Positions 1-9,867 of a stretch of DNA of 64,000 nt are shown here, piece by piece. A program made the position numbers and the translations under genes. The notes beneath the pieces are model-generated. The model was not told the origin of the DNA. It saw only the letters and a list, made by a program, of their open reading frames with translations, and ran no database searches. Each line of letters starts with the position of its first letter. Position 1 is the stretch's first letter. The DNA lies in NCBI GenBank assembly GCA_026395055.1, contig JAPLZK010000003.1, forward strand, positions 173,987 to 237,986. Direction: 5' to 3'. The DNA is from Candidatus Uhrbacteria bacterium (GTDB lineage: Bacteria; Patescibacteriota; Patescibacteriia; UBA9934; GWF2-40-263).

Positions 1-662
1 ATCTGTTTTGCTTCTAATTGTTCGTTGAACTGCATTTTTTGTGTTTCAAGCTCTTGTTCCGCTGCAATGTGTTCGTCTCGCATTTTTTCTTGTTGTTCTT
101 TCGCTTGTTCGAGTGAAACCTTCACCGCTTTCGCTTCTGCAACAGATTGAGATAAATCAGAATTGATTTGTTCTAGCTTTTGTACCGTATCGAGCAAAGC
201 AGAAAATCGATCGGATCCATAAAACAACTGAATGGGAAGCGATTGATCTTGTGCTTGAATTTTTTGAACAACGCCCGTTATCAATTCTTTTTGATGATCC
301 AACTTTTTTTGCATTGCTAGGATATCTTGTTCGGTCTTGCTGATTTCTGCCTGAATCAATTCGATTTGCGCAGTCGTTTCATTAATCTGCAATTCTGCTT
401 GCTTTAATCGATTCTGCAAAATATCTAGTTCTGTTTCTAGCGACAATGACTGTGATTGTGCTTCATTGATTTTCTTTTGATACGCCTGAATTTGGTCATT
501 CAGTTGATCGATATTACTCTTTTTATCCTGAATGGCTTGTTGAACGTCCGGACTCACTATGGGCACAGGTTCATCTGCATGCGAAAAAGAAATATGCACG
601 CAAAAGAAGAGAATCATTATTCCAATGGTGGAAACAAATATTGGAGTCCGAACGTGGGACAT
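1..662 (-). CDS. Secreted coiled-coil protein, N-terminal part (EnvC/M23-peptidase-like coiled-coil region); the gene runs off the window start
   Basis: An open minus-strand frame was read by hand from the ATG at 660..662 down to position 1 with no stop. It encodes a signal peptide (MSHVRTPIFVSTIGIMILFFCVHISFSHA) followed by heptad-rich Q/E/K/L coiled coil. It is absent from the supplied ORF track, apparently because it has no in-window stop. Confidence 0.5.
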   Translation of the reverse strand, partial: MSHVRTPIFVSTIGIMILFFCVHISFSHADEPVPIVSPDVQQAIQDKKSNIDQLNDQIQAYQKKINEAQSQSLSLETELDILQNRLKQAELQINETTAQIELIQAEISKTEQDILAMQKKLDHQKELITGVVQKIQAQDQSLPIQLFYGSDRFSALLDTVQKLEQINSDLSQSVAEAKAVKVSLEQAKEQQEKMRDEHIAAEQELETQKMQFNEQLEAKQ

Positions 663-664
663 AG

Positions 665-2086
665 TTATTTTAAGAGCGAGACGGCGTGATCAATGCGTTT
701 AAGAGATTCTTGTTTTCCAAAAATCCAGAGAAGTTCAAATGGATTTGGAGATTTTTCTTTCCCAGAAAGTGCTGCACGTAATGGCCATAACACATTTCCA
801 TTTTGAAAACTTCCCTCTTCAATATACTTCTTTACGACGGCTTCGAGAAGTGTGCGATCTGCGAATGTTTCGTCTGTTATGTTCTCAAGAAGCTCAAGAA
901 GGGCTACGAAATGCATGTGCGCATCTGCCGCGTCCGCTTTCTTCCAGATAAGCATTGCGGGATCATAGGCACTTAATTGAAGATACTCGAGTGCGCGGTC
1001 AGAAAGATCTTGTAGTGTAATGAGTCGATCTTTTTCTATTTCACAGATACGTGTCAGAAATTCTGGATCGATAGAGACCTGTGCCTTCTCAAGAAAAGGT
1101 TTTGCGAGAGTGATTATTTCTGCTACTGATTTCGTTCGAAGATACATCCCGTTCATCCAGTCGAGTTTTGCGTGATCAAACACCGCACCACTCTTATTGA
1201 TCTTTGAAAGGTCGAACAGTTGAATCAGTTCGTCGAATGCGTAGATTTCACGGTCCGCTGTTGGGTTAAATCCAAGTAATGCAACAAAATTGATCAATGT
1301 TTCTGGTAAATATCCTTTTGCGAGGTAATCTTCAACAGCAACGTCACCTTGTCTCTTCGATAACTTAGACTTGTCTGGATTCAAAATAAGAGGAAGGTGT
1401 GCGAATTTTGGAATTGCAAATCCAAACATGTTGTATAAAATAACATGTTTTGGAACAGACGAAATCCACTCGTCTCCACGAATGATATGTGTGACATTCA
1501 TGTCATTGTCATCAACGACAACAGCAAGATGGTAGGTTGGAAAGCCATCGGTCTTCAGTAAGACTTGGTCATCCACCTCTTTGTTATCAATCGTAATGTC
1601 ACCACGGATTTCGTCTGTGAATGTTGTCTTCCCTTCTGGAATTAATAAACGAATGACGTGTGGTTCATTTGCAGCAAGTTTTGCTTCCTTTTCTTCTTGC
1701 GATACATGCAAACACGCACGATCATATTTCATGGGTGCTTTTGTTGCTTGCTGTTCTTCGCGAAGGGCGAGTAAACGTTCTTTTGTACAAAAACAATAGT
1801 AGGCATCGCCTTTTTCAAGCAATCGATGTGCATGTTCACGATATAATTCGAGGCGTTCTGATTGGATGTAAGGCCCTTTGTCTGGTGGTAATCCCATTGT
1901 GGTAAGTGTGGAGATTAATGCTTCGACGGCCCCGGGAACAAGGCGAGCTTGGTCTGTGTCTTCAATGCGCAAAATGAAGGTTCCTTTTTGTTGTTTTGCG
2001 TAGAGATAACTATAAAGGGCCGTGCGTAAACTGCCGACGTGAAGGTAGCCTGTTGGAGATGGGGCGAATCGAGTTACAACATTCAT
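665..2086 (-). CDS. gltX: Glutamate--tRNA ligase
   Basis: HIGH motif PSPTGYLHVG near the N-terminus; class I GluRS architecture; 473 aa. Confidence 0.95.
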   Translation of the reverse strand: MNVVTRFAPSPTGYLHVGSLRTALYSYLYAKQQKGTFILRIEDTDQARLVPGAVEALISTLTTMGLPPDKGPYIQSERLELYREHAHRLLEKGDAYYCFCTKERLLALREEQQATKAPMKYDRACLHVSQEEKEAKLAANEPHVIRLLIPEGKTTFTDEIRGDITIDNKEVDDQVLLKTDGFPTYHLAVVVDDNDMNVTHIIRGDEWISSVPKHVILYNMFGFAIPKFAHLPLILNPDKSKLSKRQGDVAVEDYLAKGYLPETLINFVALLGFNPTADREIYAFDELIQLFDLSKINKSGAVFDHAKLDWMNGMYLRTKSVAEIITLAKPFLEKAQVSIDPEFLTRICEIEKDRLITLQDLSDRALEYLQLSAYDPAMLIWKKADAADAHMHFVALLELLENITDETFADRTLLEAVVKKYIEEGSFQNGNVLWPLRAALSGKEKSPNPFELLWIFGKQESLKRIDHAVSLLK

Positions 2087-2880
2087 AAACCAGTTAATTG
2101 ACGATAAATTTCCGGCAAAACATGTTTACACGCACGCCAGAGTCTGTGCTGCCTAAGTGTACCGTAAACGACCATGATCGGAAAGACGAAACTCGCGTTA
2201 AGAATACGACCAATGCGCTTTGGTTCGATGAAGACGCGCCAAACCCATTCGAGTCCCATTTGTGACATGATTCGAGGTGCGCGCGGCTTCATTCCAGCAA
2301 TCATCTCGAAGGCACCACCGATTCCGACTGCGATGCGAATAGATGGAACGTTCGGTAAGACTTCGTGTATAAATTTTTCCTGTTTCTTTTGTCCGAGGGC
2401 GACAAGCATGATGTCTGGTGAAATTTCGAGAAGGGTTTCGAGGATGCGGTCAGAAATTGGAAACGTCACTTGCCCAGGATTGAAAATGGAAATCTTGATA
2501 CCTGGATACTGTTTTTCAAAGACCTCTTTTGTCTTTTCGGCAGAACCTGGATCTCCACCAACGAGCAATACATGTTTATGATTTTCATTCGAGAGATATG
2601 CAACTCGCTCAACAAGATCAACTCCTGTATGCCGATAAGACAGAGTTTCATTTGTGAGTGCAGCTATTGCGAATCGGAGTCCCACACCATCCGGCAAAGA
2701 AAGATCGCTTGACTGCAATATTTTTTGAAACTCCTCGTCTTTACGTGCAAGCAAAAGAAACTCCGGATTTGGAGTTGTGATGAATTTTTGAACAGTTCCA
2801 TTCATCCATTCTGTCAGTTGAGCGTCGAGATTCTCGTTCGATAGATCATCGATCGGAACATCGAAAAGAAGATGTCTCAT
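2083..2880 (-). CDS. WecB/TagA/CpsF-family glycosyltransferase (N-acetylmannosaminyltransferase-like)
   Basis: The TagA/WecG family layout is present (VPIDDL..., LLGG, EWVWR). The start is moved to MRHLLFDVPIDD at 2880 by analogy with TagA N-termini. The 4-nt overlap with gltX is ATGA-type. Confidence 0.75.
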   Translation of the reverse strand: MRHLLFDVPIDDLSNENLDAQLTEWMNGTVQKFITTPNPEFLLLARKDEEFQKILQSSDLSLPDGVGLRFAIAALTNETLSYRHTGVDLVERVAYLSNENHKHVLLVGGDPGSAEKTKEVFEKQYPGIKISIFNPGQVTFPISDRILETLLEISPDIMLVALGQKKQEKFIHEVLPNVPSIRIAVGIGGAFEMIAGMKPRAPRIMSQMGLEWVWRVFIEPKRIGRILNASFVFPIMVVYGTLRQHRLWRACKHVLPEIYRQLTGL

Positions 2881-2926
2881 GTGCACATAGTCTATCAAAA
2901 TGGCACATTTATTCAAGTTTTTTTGT

Positions 2927-2955
2927 TTGACAAATCTTTTTTAGCACTCTATCAT
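2927..2955 (+). promoter_or_regulatory. Sigma70-type promoter of clpB: -35 TTGACA (2927..2932), 17-nt spacer, -10 TATCAT (2950..2955)
   Basis: Hexamers and spacing were read directly from the sequence. Confidence 0.6.
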
Positions 2956-2967
2956 TATGAGTGCTAA
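2941..2967 (+). promoter_or_regulatory. CIRCE element (HrcA operator) TTAGCACTC-N9-GAGTGCTAA overlapping the clpB -10 and transcription start
   Basis: Perfect match to the canonical CIRCE inverted repeat at 2941..2949 and 2959..2967 with a 9-nt spacer. Confidence 0.85.
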
Positions 2968-3004
2968 TGTTTCAGGTTTCCAAAACAAAAACGAAAATAT
3001 TCTT

Positions 3005-5650
3005 ATGATGCCAAACAATTTCACGTTAAAATCTCAAGAAGCAATCCAGCGCGCACATAACATCGCTCTTGAAAATGGACAACCCGCGCTTGAACCCATT
3101 CACCTTCTTGTTTCTCTGCTCACCCAACAAGACGGAATCATTCCAACGATTGTAGACAAAATTACCACGCAAGAATCTAATCTTCGTCATGAACTTGATC
3201 ACATCCTCGAAACGTTACCGAAATCCCCTGCCCCACAAGCGGGTGGAGTTGGACAAATGTATTTGAGTCAACAGATGGCAGAAACATTATCAATGGCACA
3301 TAAGAAAGCAAAAGAGTTTAAGGATGATTTTATTTCCACAGAACATTTACTTCTTGCCCTCTTAACAAACAAGCCCGTTGAAAACCTCCTTGCCGGATAT
3401 GAGATCACAGAAGAATCCGTCATGCGCGCGCTCAAGGACATCCGTGGTGCACAACGCGTAGATTCTGCAGAGCCAGAAGCACGTTATCAGACTCTCGAAA
3501 AATACGGCTCTGATCTCACGGAAGCCGCCCGTCTTGGTGAGCTTGATCCGGTGATTGGTCGCGATACGGAGATTCGACGACTTATGCAGGTGCTCTCTCG
3601 ACGAACCAAGAACAACCCGGTCCTGATCGGAGAAGCTGGAGTTGGAAAGACCGCAATTGTTGAGGGTCTCGCACAACGCATCGCATCAGGCGATGTCCCA
3701 GAATTACTGAAGGACAAATCTATTTTCATGTTAGATGTCGGCGCACTCGTTGCGGGAACAAAGTTTCGTGGCGAGTTTGAGGAACGACTCAAGGCTGTTA
3801 TCAAAGAAATCGAAAGTTCAGGCGGAAAAATCATTCTGTTTATTGATGAATTGCACACACTCGTTGGAACAGGAACAACAGAAGGTGGAACAATGGATGC
3901 ATCGAATATGTTGAAGCCGGCACTTGCTCGAGGGAAACTGCGTGCCATTGGTGCAACAACATTAAAAGAGTATCAGCGCTATATCGAAAAAGACCCAGCG
4001 CTCGAACGCCGATTCCAACCGATCATTGTTGAAGAACCTTCTGTCGAGGACACAATCGCGATCCTTCGAGGAATCAAAGAAAAGTACGAAGCGCACCATG
4101 GTGTGCGTATTTCAGATCCTTCCCTCATCTCCGCTGCCGAGTTGTCCGATCGCTATATCACAGATCGAAACTTGCCCGATAAGGCCGTCGATCTTATGGA
4201 CGAAGCGGGTTCTGCGCTTCGTATGCAGATTGATTCGATGCCAGAAGAACTGGATGTTCTCAAGCGAGATCTTATGCGTCTTGAAATTGAAGAAAAGGCG
4301 TTGCAAAAAGAAGATGACAAAGAATCAAAGTCTCGTCTCAAGGAAATTGAGAAGCAGATTGCCGATCTTCGTGAACAAACAGAAGCATTCGAAGGGAGAT
4401 GGAGAAATGAAAAGGAAAAGATTACGCTTATTCGTGAGATTAAGTCTTCGATCGATCGTCTCAAGCTGCAAGCAGAGCAAGAGGAACGCAAAGGGAATCT
4501 CGAGAAAGTGGCGGAGATTCGTTATGCAAACTTGCCTGTCGAAGAAAAGAAGTTGAAAGCGGCTGAAGAAGCGCTTCGAAAAATTCAAAAAGAGCGCGGT
4601 CTTTTGAAAGAAGTCATTACCGAAGAAGATATCGCCACAGTCGTTTCAAGATGGACAAACATTCCCGTCTCGAAAATGCTCGAATCAGAAATGAAAAAAC
4701 TGACGCGCATGGAGGACGACCTTGCAAAGCGTGTTGTTGGACAAGCAGAAGCAATCACAGCCGTCTCAAACGCACTACGTCGATCACGTGCAGGCATTGG
4801 CGAAGAACATCGTCCAATCGGTTCGTTTATTTTCCTTGGACCAACAGGAGTTGGAAAAACGGAACTTGCTCGAGCACTCGCCGAGTTTATGTTCAATGAT
4901 GAGTCTGCCATGATTCGTCTCGACATGAGCGAATACATGGAGAAACATTCGACCTCCAAGATCATTGGTTCCCCACCAGGATACGTCGGTTACGAAGAAG
5001 GCGGACAGCTCACTGAACTTGTGCGACGTAAACCGTATTCCGTTTTGCTTTTCGACGAAATTGAGAAAGCACATCCAGATACATTCAACTTGCTTCTCCA
5101 AATTTTAGACGAAGGTCATTTAACGGATGCGAAAGGTCGCAAAGTAAACTTCAAGAATACGATTATCATCATGACATCCAACATTGGATCAGATCTGATT
5201 CTCAATGCTGGGTCCTCGATGAGCTCAATGGGCTTTCATGAAGAATCGGAGATTGAAGTTGGATCGGACAAAGAAATTCGCGAGACGATCATGGGATTGC
5301 TCAAGGATCATTTCCGTCCTGAGTTCTTAAACCGTGTAGACGAAACGATTGTCTTTCACGCGCTTCGACCAGAAGACATGGAGGCGATCGTTCAAATCCA
5401 ACTTGATCGTGTTGCGCTTCGACTCAAAACACAAAGACACATTGAACTTGTTGTATCAGATACTGCTCGAGCTTTCATTGCGAAACTCGGATACGACCCG
5501 TCATATGGCGCTCGACCGGTGAAACGCGTCATCCAAACGCAGATTCTTGATCCGCTCGCTCTCAAGATTGTTTCCGGCGATATCAAAGAAGGAAAACAAG
5601 TTGTGGTCGGAGTAAAACAAGATCAAATCGTGATCTTGACCAAGAAATAA
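3005..5650 (+). CDS. clpB: ATP-dependent chaperone ClpB (Hsp100 disaggregase)
   Basis: Two AAA+ modules ([18 protein letters not shown] and [15 protein letters not shown] Walker A motifs) with a coiled-coil middle domain. The start was chosen at [15 protein letters not shown] because the upstream ATG at 2957 lies inside the CIRCE operator and upstream of the predicted transcription start. Confidence 0.9.
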   Translation: MMPNNFTLKSQEAIQRAHNIALENGQPALEPIHLLVSLLTQQDGIIPTIVDKITTQESNLRHELDHILETLPKSPAPQAGGVGQMYLSQQMAETLSMAHKKAKEFKDDFISTEHLLLALLTNKPVENLLAGYEITEESVMRALKDIRGAQRVDSAEPEARYQTLEKYGSDLTEAARLGELDPVIGRDTEIRRLMQVLSRRTKNNPVLIGEAGVGKTAIVEGLAQRIASGDVPELLKDKSIFMLDVGALVAGTKFRGEFEERLKAVIKEIESSGGKIILFIDELHTLVGTGTTEGGTMDASNMLKPALARGKLRAIGATTLKEYQRYIEKDPALERRFQPIIVEEPSVEDTIAILRGIKEKYEAHHGVRISDPSLISAAELSDRYITDRNLPDKAVDLMDEAGSALRMQIDSMPEELDVLKRDLMRLEIEEKALQKEDDKESKSRLKEIEKQIADLREQTEAFEGRWRNEKEKITLIREIKSSIDRLKLQAEQEERKGNLEKVAEIRYANLPVEEKKLKAAEEALRKIQKERGLLKEVITEEDIATVVSRWTNIPVSKMLESEMKKLTRMEDDLAKRVVGQAEAITAVSNALRRSRAGIGEEHRPIGSFIFLGPTGVGKTELARALAEFMFNDESAMIRLDMSEYMEKHSTSKIIGSPPGYVGYEEGGQLTELVRRKPYSVLLFDEIEKAHPDTFNLLLQILDEGHLTDAKGRKVNFKNTIIIMTSNIGSDLILNAGSSMSSMGFHEESEIEVGSDKEIRETIMGLLKDHFRPEFLNRVDETIVFHALRPEDMEAIVQIQLDRVALRLKTQRHIELVVSDTARAFIAKLGYDPSYGARPVKRVIQTQILDPLALKIVSGDIKEGKQVVVGVKQDQIVILTKK

Positions 5651-5658
5651 GGCACAAA

Positions 5659-5687
5659 ATAAGAGCAATATCGCTCTTATTTTGTTT
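5659..5687 (+). terminator. Rho-independent terminator after clpB (8-bp stem ATAAGAGC/GCTCTTAT, then TTTGTTT)
   Basis: Hairpin plus T-run read from the sequence. Confidence 0.6.
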
Positions 5688-5713
5688 GTCGAACAAGTCG
5701 ATTTACGCTATAC

Positions 5714-6733
5714 TTGAAGCTCATGCACAAGCTGTTTCCCCTCATAATTCTCGGCATTTTCCTCTCGACACTTCTCCCGTCGGCAGTTTTTGCCAACGAA
5801 CTTTCTGCGCCAAGTCCTGAGCATTTACTTTCGGATACGGACATGACGGATGTAAACGCAATGACGCGTGACGATATTCAGACGTTTCTCGCAAACGGTG
5901 TCCTTGGCAAATATCGAACACAGGACATACGAGGTGTTTCTCGAAGCGCGGCCGATATTATTGCGAATACTTCGAAAGAGTTTTCATTGAATCCTCGCGT
6001 CATCCTCGTCATTCTCCAAAAGGAACAAAGTCTCGTTGAGAACACGAAGGCTACACAGAAACAATTCGACTGGGCCATGGGCTTTGCCATCTGTGACGAT
6101 TGTTCAAAAGCAGATCCTCGATTACAAAAATATAAAGGCTTTGGCAAACAGGTTTATTACGCAACGCAACATATCCGAGAAGCGTATCTTTCAAAACTCA
6201 TCACAAATGGTGTGACGACAGCTGGATACGGTCCAGGAATTGAATCTATCATCGACGGTTCCGCGCTTGTCCCACAGAATAATGCAACCGCAGCGCTCTA
6301 TACCTACACGCCGCACATGCACGGGAACGTAAACTTCATGAATATTTGGAATCGATGGTTCACAAAATCATTTCCAGATGGAACATTGATACAGAGTCGG
6401 ACAAATGGGGCGGTCTGGCTCGTCCAAGATGGAAAGAAACGACCGATCATCTCGGAGGCTGTGCTTCGATCCCGATTCAATATAAACACAATCGTTCCAA
6501 CAAGTGTTTCTGTCATTGAGCAATATCCTGACGGCGCACCAATCGACTTTCCAAATTATTCACTGCTTCGAGCCCCGAATGGTTCTGTGTACTTGATCGT
6601 AGACAACGTGCGTCGTGGGTTTGTCTCCATGAATGCTCTTCATGAAGCGGGATTCGATATCACAGACTCAATCTCTGTCAAAGCAAAAGAACTTACACGC
6701 TATACAGAAGGCCCACTTATCTTTCCGACCTGA
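5714..6733 (+). CDS. Secreted hypothetical protein, possibly cell-wall associated
   Basis: N-terminal signal peptide (LFPLIILGIFLSTLLPSAVFA). The C-terminal part has short duplicated segments (WLVQDGKKRPI / YLIVDNVRRGF). No family was recognised with confidence. Confidence 0.55.
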   Translation: MKLMHKLFPLIILGIFLSTLLPSAVFANELSAPSPEHLLSDTDMTDVNAMTRDDIQTFLANGVLGKYRTQDIRGVSRSAADIIANTSKEFSLNPRVILVILQKEQSLVENTKATQKQFDWAMGFAICDDCSKADPRLQKYKGFGKQVYYATQHIREAYLSKLITNGVTTAGYGPGIESIIDGSALVPQNNATAALYTYTPHMHGNVNFMNIWNRWFTKSFPDGTLIQSRTNGAVWLVQDGKKRPIISEAVLRSRFNINTIVPTSVSVIEQYPDGAPIDFPNYSLLRAPNGSVYLIVDNVRRGFVSMNALHEAGFDITDSISVKAKELTRYTEGPLIFPT

Positions 6734-6735
6734 AT

Positions 6736-7530
6736 ATGATCACCTTCGCCGCGTTCACCCCACATTCCCCTCTCTTGCTTGAAACAATCGGTAAAGAGAA
6801 TACGAAAGCTTTGCAAGCTACACTAGACGCCATGCATCAGCTTTCCGAAGAACTTTACGCTTCTCGCCCAGAGGTGATTTTGACGATCTCTACACATCGC
6901 GGTGCACATAAAGATGCATTTTCCATCAACATGCATGATGAATATTTTGTGGACTTTCAGGAATTTGGAGATCACGGAACACAGGGAGAATTTGCGCCAG
7001 ACATTGAACTCATGACACAAATCCAACGTCGCATGCGCAATGAAACAATCCCATTTACACTCGACTCAGACGCGAGTCTTGATTATGGTGTTGGAATTCC
7101 ACTTACATTACTCGCAAAAACTCTTCCCATCACACACACCATCGTTCCAATCGCCTACAGTTTCCTTCCTTCAAAGTCACACGTTGAGTTCGGTCGTATT
7201 TTGAAAGATGTTTGTATGGCAAGTTCAAAGCGTATCGCCATCATTGCCTCGGGTGATCTCTCGCACACCCTCTCGAGTGACGCGCCCGCAGGCTTTCATC
7301 CGTCTGGTGAGGAAGTTGATACCGCGATTGTGAAGTCGATTGAGAACATGTCCCTCTCACAACTTCTCTCCATGGACGAAACAATGCTTGAAACTTCACA
7401 AGAATGTGCGCATCGCCCCCTTCTCATTTTATTTGGGATCCTTGAAAAAATGCCCGTTCGTCCAGAAATTTTGTCTTATGAACATCCGTTTGGTGTTGGA
7501 CAGCTCGTTACCCAATTCCATTTAAGCTGA
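6736..7530 (+). CDS. LigB/MEMO1-family (class III extradiol dioxygenase-like) protein
   Basis: 264 aa with the conserved His/Asp pattern of the AmmeMemoRadiSam system protein B / LigB fold (TISTHRGAH ... GDLSH). Confidence 0.5.
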   Translation: MITFAAFTPHSPLLLETIGKENTKALQATLDAMHQLSEELYASRPEVILTISTHRGAHKDAFSINMHDEYFVDFQEFGDHGTQGEFAPDIELMTQIQRRMRNETIPFTLDSDASLDYGVGIPLTLLAKTLPITHTIVPIAYSFLPSKSHVEFGRILKDVCMASSKRIAIIASGDLSHTLSSDAPAGFHPSGEEVDTAIVKSIENMSLSQLLSMDETMLETSQECAHRPLLILFGILEKMPVRPEILSYEHPFGVGQLVTQFHLS

Positions 7531-7533
7531 GGT

Positions 7534-9378
7534 ATGGTTGCAGAAGTGTATCCACTCATGCGCATGCCGCGACACGTAACCGTGTTCGACTACACGCTTC
7601 CCGAAGAACTTCATCACCTCAAGCGAGGTGATGTTGTTGTGATCCCCTTTCGTACCGCATCCATTTTTGGAATTATCTCACGCGTAAAAGATGTTCCGGA
7701 CAGAGGCTTTCGTATTAAACCCGTAACACGCCAAGATTCACGCATCACGTTTTCTGATACAGAACTTTCTTTCTTCGAAAATTTGGCGATCGAACTTGCA
7801 CAGTCTGTTGCATCTGTGTTGAACAGTTGTCTGCCTGAATTTCCAAAGCGCATCTCGACAAAGACCGTTCCAATCGCACCTAGTGAACCCTTAACGATCG
7901 CACCAAATGAACTTGATGGACTTCAGTCGATTGCCCAACAACTCACCGAACGCAGTCGTGCGTTTGCACATGTTTCGGATATTCGTCGCATGGCGTGTGT
8001 GATTGCCGGGTATCTTCGATTAAAACCGGACCAGAAGTGCATTGTGCTGTGTCCAACGATTCTTGATGCACAACGACTTTATTCGCACCTTCCACTCGAA
8101 ACACGCCTCCTCCTCACAGGCGAAGAGAATACAGGAACGCAATTCGCTGTTTGGAATGCATTTCGAAATGCGGAAGCGTGTGTGATGATTGGAACAAAGA
8201 ATGTTTTGTTTGCAACCGACTCGAAAACTACAACGATCTTCGTTGTACGCTCAAGCCACGAGAATCACGGACATCACGAACAGAATCCACGTTTTGATGC
8301 GCGTCTCGTGGCCGAGATGCTCGCAAACCACCATCATACGAATCTGTTCTTTCTCGACGCCATGCCGCGTATTGAGGACACGATTACCTTCTCAAAAACA
8401 AACATCATTGGAAATCCAACGAATCTTGTTCCACACATCATCGACATGGAGCACCAAAGTCGTGCGTCCGCAATTGGGCACTGGATCTCACATGAGACCT
8501 ATCAGGCAACGCAAGAATGTCTCGACATGAACGCACATGTTCTTGTTGTCCTGAATAAAAAATTTCACGCTCGTCGTTTAAGCTGTACATCATGTGCATC
8601 GGATGTTGTCTGTGAGACATGTGGCAACGGAATGATTCTCGACGATCTGTTGATGCGCTGTGTGCGATGCAAGTCTTCCGTTCCGATCATCCGATCATGT
8701 CCGAAGTGTCATGAGGCGACATTGAAAGAATCTGGGTTTGGAAATCAAAAGATTGATGCACTGCTCCAGAAGGAATTTCCGAATGTCTCGACATGCCTCA
8801 TCGACAAAGAACACCCAAACATGAATACGAAGGCATCGCTTGTTATTGCAACGTCATACTATCTCGAACAGATGGCAAATGCATTTAGACCCGATCAATT
8901 CGCTCTCGTTGTTCTCCTCGACGCAGACGCGCCCCTGTTTCGACCAACATACCGTGCATCCGAGGCTGCACTCTACGAATGTGAGGGTTGGCGCGCACTA
9001 GCATTTGCCAATCGTGCACAATTCTTTGTTCAAACGCGATCGGTTCCCTTCTTCACCGAGTACTTCGAGAATCCAACGAAGTCTCTCGAAATGGAACGCG
9101 ATGCACGCCGCTCCTACATCCAACCACCGTTCTGCGAGATCTCAACGCTCACATTCGAAGAACCAGAGCCACGCAAAGCAGACATCTTCCTAAATCAACT
9201 CGTACAACAAATTCGTGCTGTGTCGAGCATAGCGCGCATCAAAAAGAATAAAGTATCCGTTGGCGCAGAATACCTCCTCGAAGTCCGCTATCCGCGTGAA
9301 GATCGACCCAAACTTCTCCTATTATTCCGAAGCCTTCCAGATCGTGTTATCATTGACACACAAGCAAATACGGGCTAA
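7534..9378 (+). CDS. priA: Primosomal protein N' (PriA)-like, with degenerate helicase motifs
   Basis: N-terminal 3' DNA-binding domain (VFDYTLPE), the PriA helicase-core alignment, and a four-CxxC zinc-binding region (CTSC, CETC, CVRC, CPKC). Walker A is replaced by HVSDIRRMA and DEEH by RSSHE. Confidence 0.7.
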   Translation: MVAEVYPLMRMPRHVTVFDYTLPEELHHLKRGDVVVIPFRTASIFGIISRVKDVPDRGFRIKPVTRQDSRITFSDTELSFFENLAIELAQSVASVLNSCLPEFPKRISTKTVPIAPSEPLTIAPNELDGLQSIAQQLTERSRAFAHVSDIRRMACVIAGYLRLKPDQKCIVLCPTILDAQRLYSHLPLETRLLLTGEENTGTQFAVWNAFRNAEACVMIGTKNVLFATDSKTTTIFVVRSSHENHGHHEQNPRFDARLVAEMLANHHHTNLFFLDAMPRIEDTITFSKTNIIGNPTNLVPHIIDMEHQSRASAIGHWISHETYQATQECLDMNAHVLVVLNKKFHARRLSCTSCASDVVCETCGNGMILDDLLMRCVRCKSSVPIIRSCPKCHEATLKESGFGNQKIDALLQKEFPNVSTCLIDKEHPNMNTKASLVIATSYYLEQMANAFRPDQFALVVLLDADAPLFRPTYRASEAALYECEGWRALAFANRAQFFVQTRSVPFFTEYFENPTKSLEMERDARRSYIQPPFCEISTLTFEEPEPRKADIFLNQLVQQIRAVSSIARIKKNKVSVGAEYLLEVRYPREDRPKLLLLFRSLPDRVIIDTQANTG

Positions 9379-9390
9379 AATCCTCTACCT

Positions 9391-9867
9391 ATGACATCAA
9401 GAACAGTACTTACCTCACCAAACGCAGAGTTACGCGTTGTCTCAAAAGAATTCCCAAAAGCGGAATTTGGATCTGATGAAACAAAGACTCTGACACGCGA
9501 TTTGATTGAAACCATGCGTGTGGAAAATGGGATCGGCATCGCCGCGCCCCAAATTGGAGTACACAAGCGCATGATTATTGTAGATGTTGGCAACAACCAA
9601 CCTCAAGCGTTTTTCAATCCAAAAATTACGTCAAAATCGTTTACAAAAACAGAAAGCGAAGAAGGATGTCTCTCTGTGCCTGGCGTATTTGGAATTGTGA
9701 AACGTCACAGATCTGTCACCGTATCCGCACAAAATATGGAAGGCATCACACAGGTCTTCCGTGCGGAAGGTCTCATGGCAATTGTCTTTCAACATGAAAT
9801 TGATCACTTGGACGGCATTCTTTTTATAGACAAGGTTCTTCGTTACACTTCTCACCCAAAACTATGA
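9391..9867 (+). CDS. def: Peptide deformylase
   Basis: Motifs GIGIAAPQIG, EGCLSVPG and QHEIDHLDG. Confidence 0.9.
   Translation: MTSRTVLTSPNAELRVVSKEFPKAEFGSDETKTLTRDLIETMRVENGIGIAAPQIGVHKRMIIVDVGNNQPQAFFNPKITSKSFTKTESEEGCLSVPGVFGIVKRHRSVTVSAQNMEGITQVFRAEGLMAIVFQHEIDHLDGILFIDKVLRYTSHPKL

Noticed and set aside
456-689. 77-aa + strand ORF at the window start
   Set aside because: It lies antisense to the better-supported signal-peptide/coiled-coil ORF (1..662, minus) and to the gltX 3' end. It has a low-complexity, Ile/Leu-rich composition typical of a shadow ORF.
4026-4556. 176-aa Lys/Arg-rich + strand ORF and several minus strand ORFs inside clpB
   Set aside because: They are out-of-frame shadows of the well-supported clpB gene.
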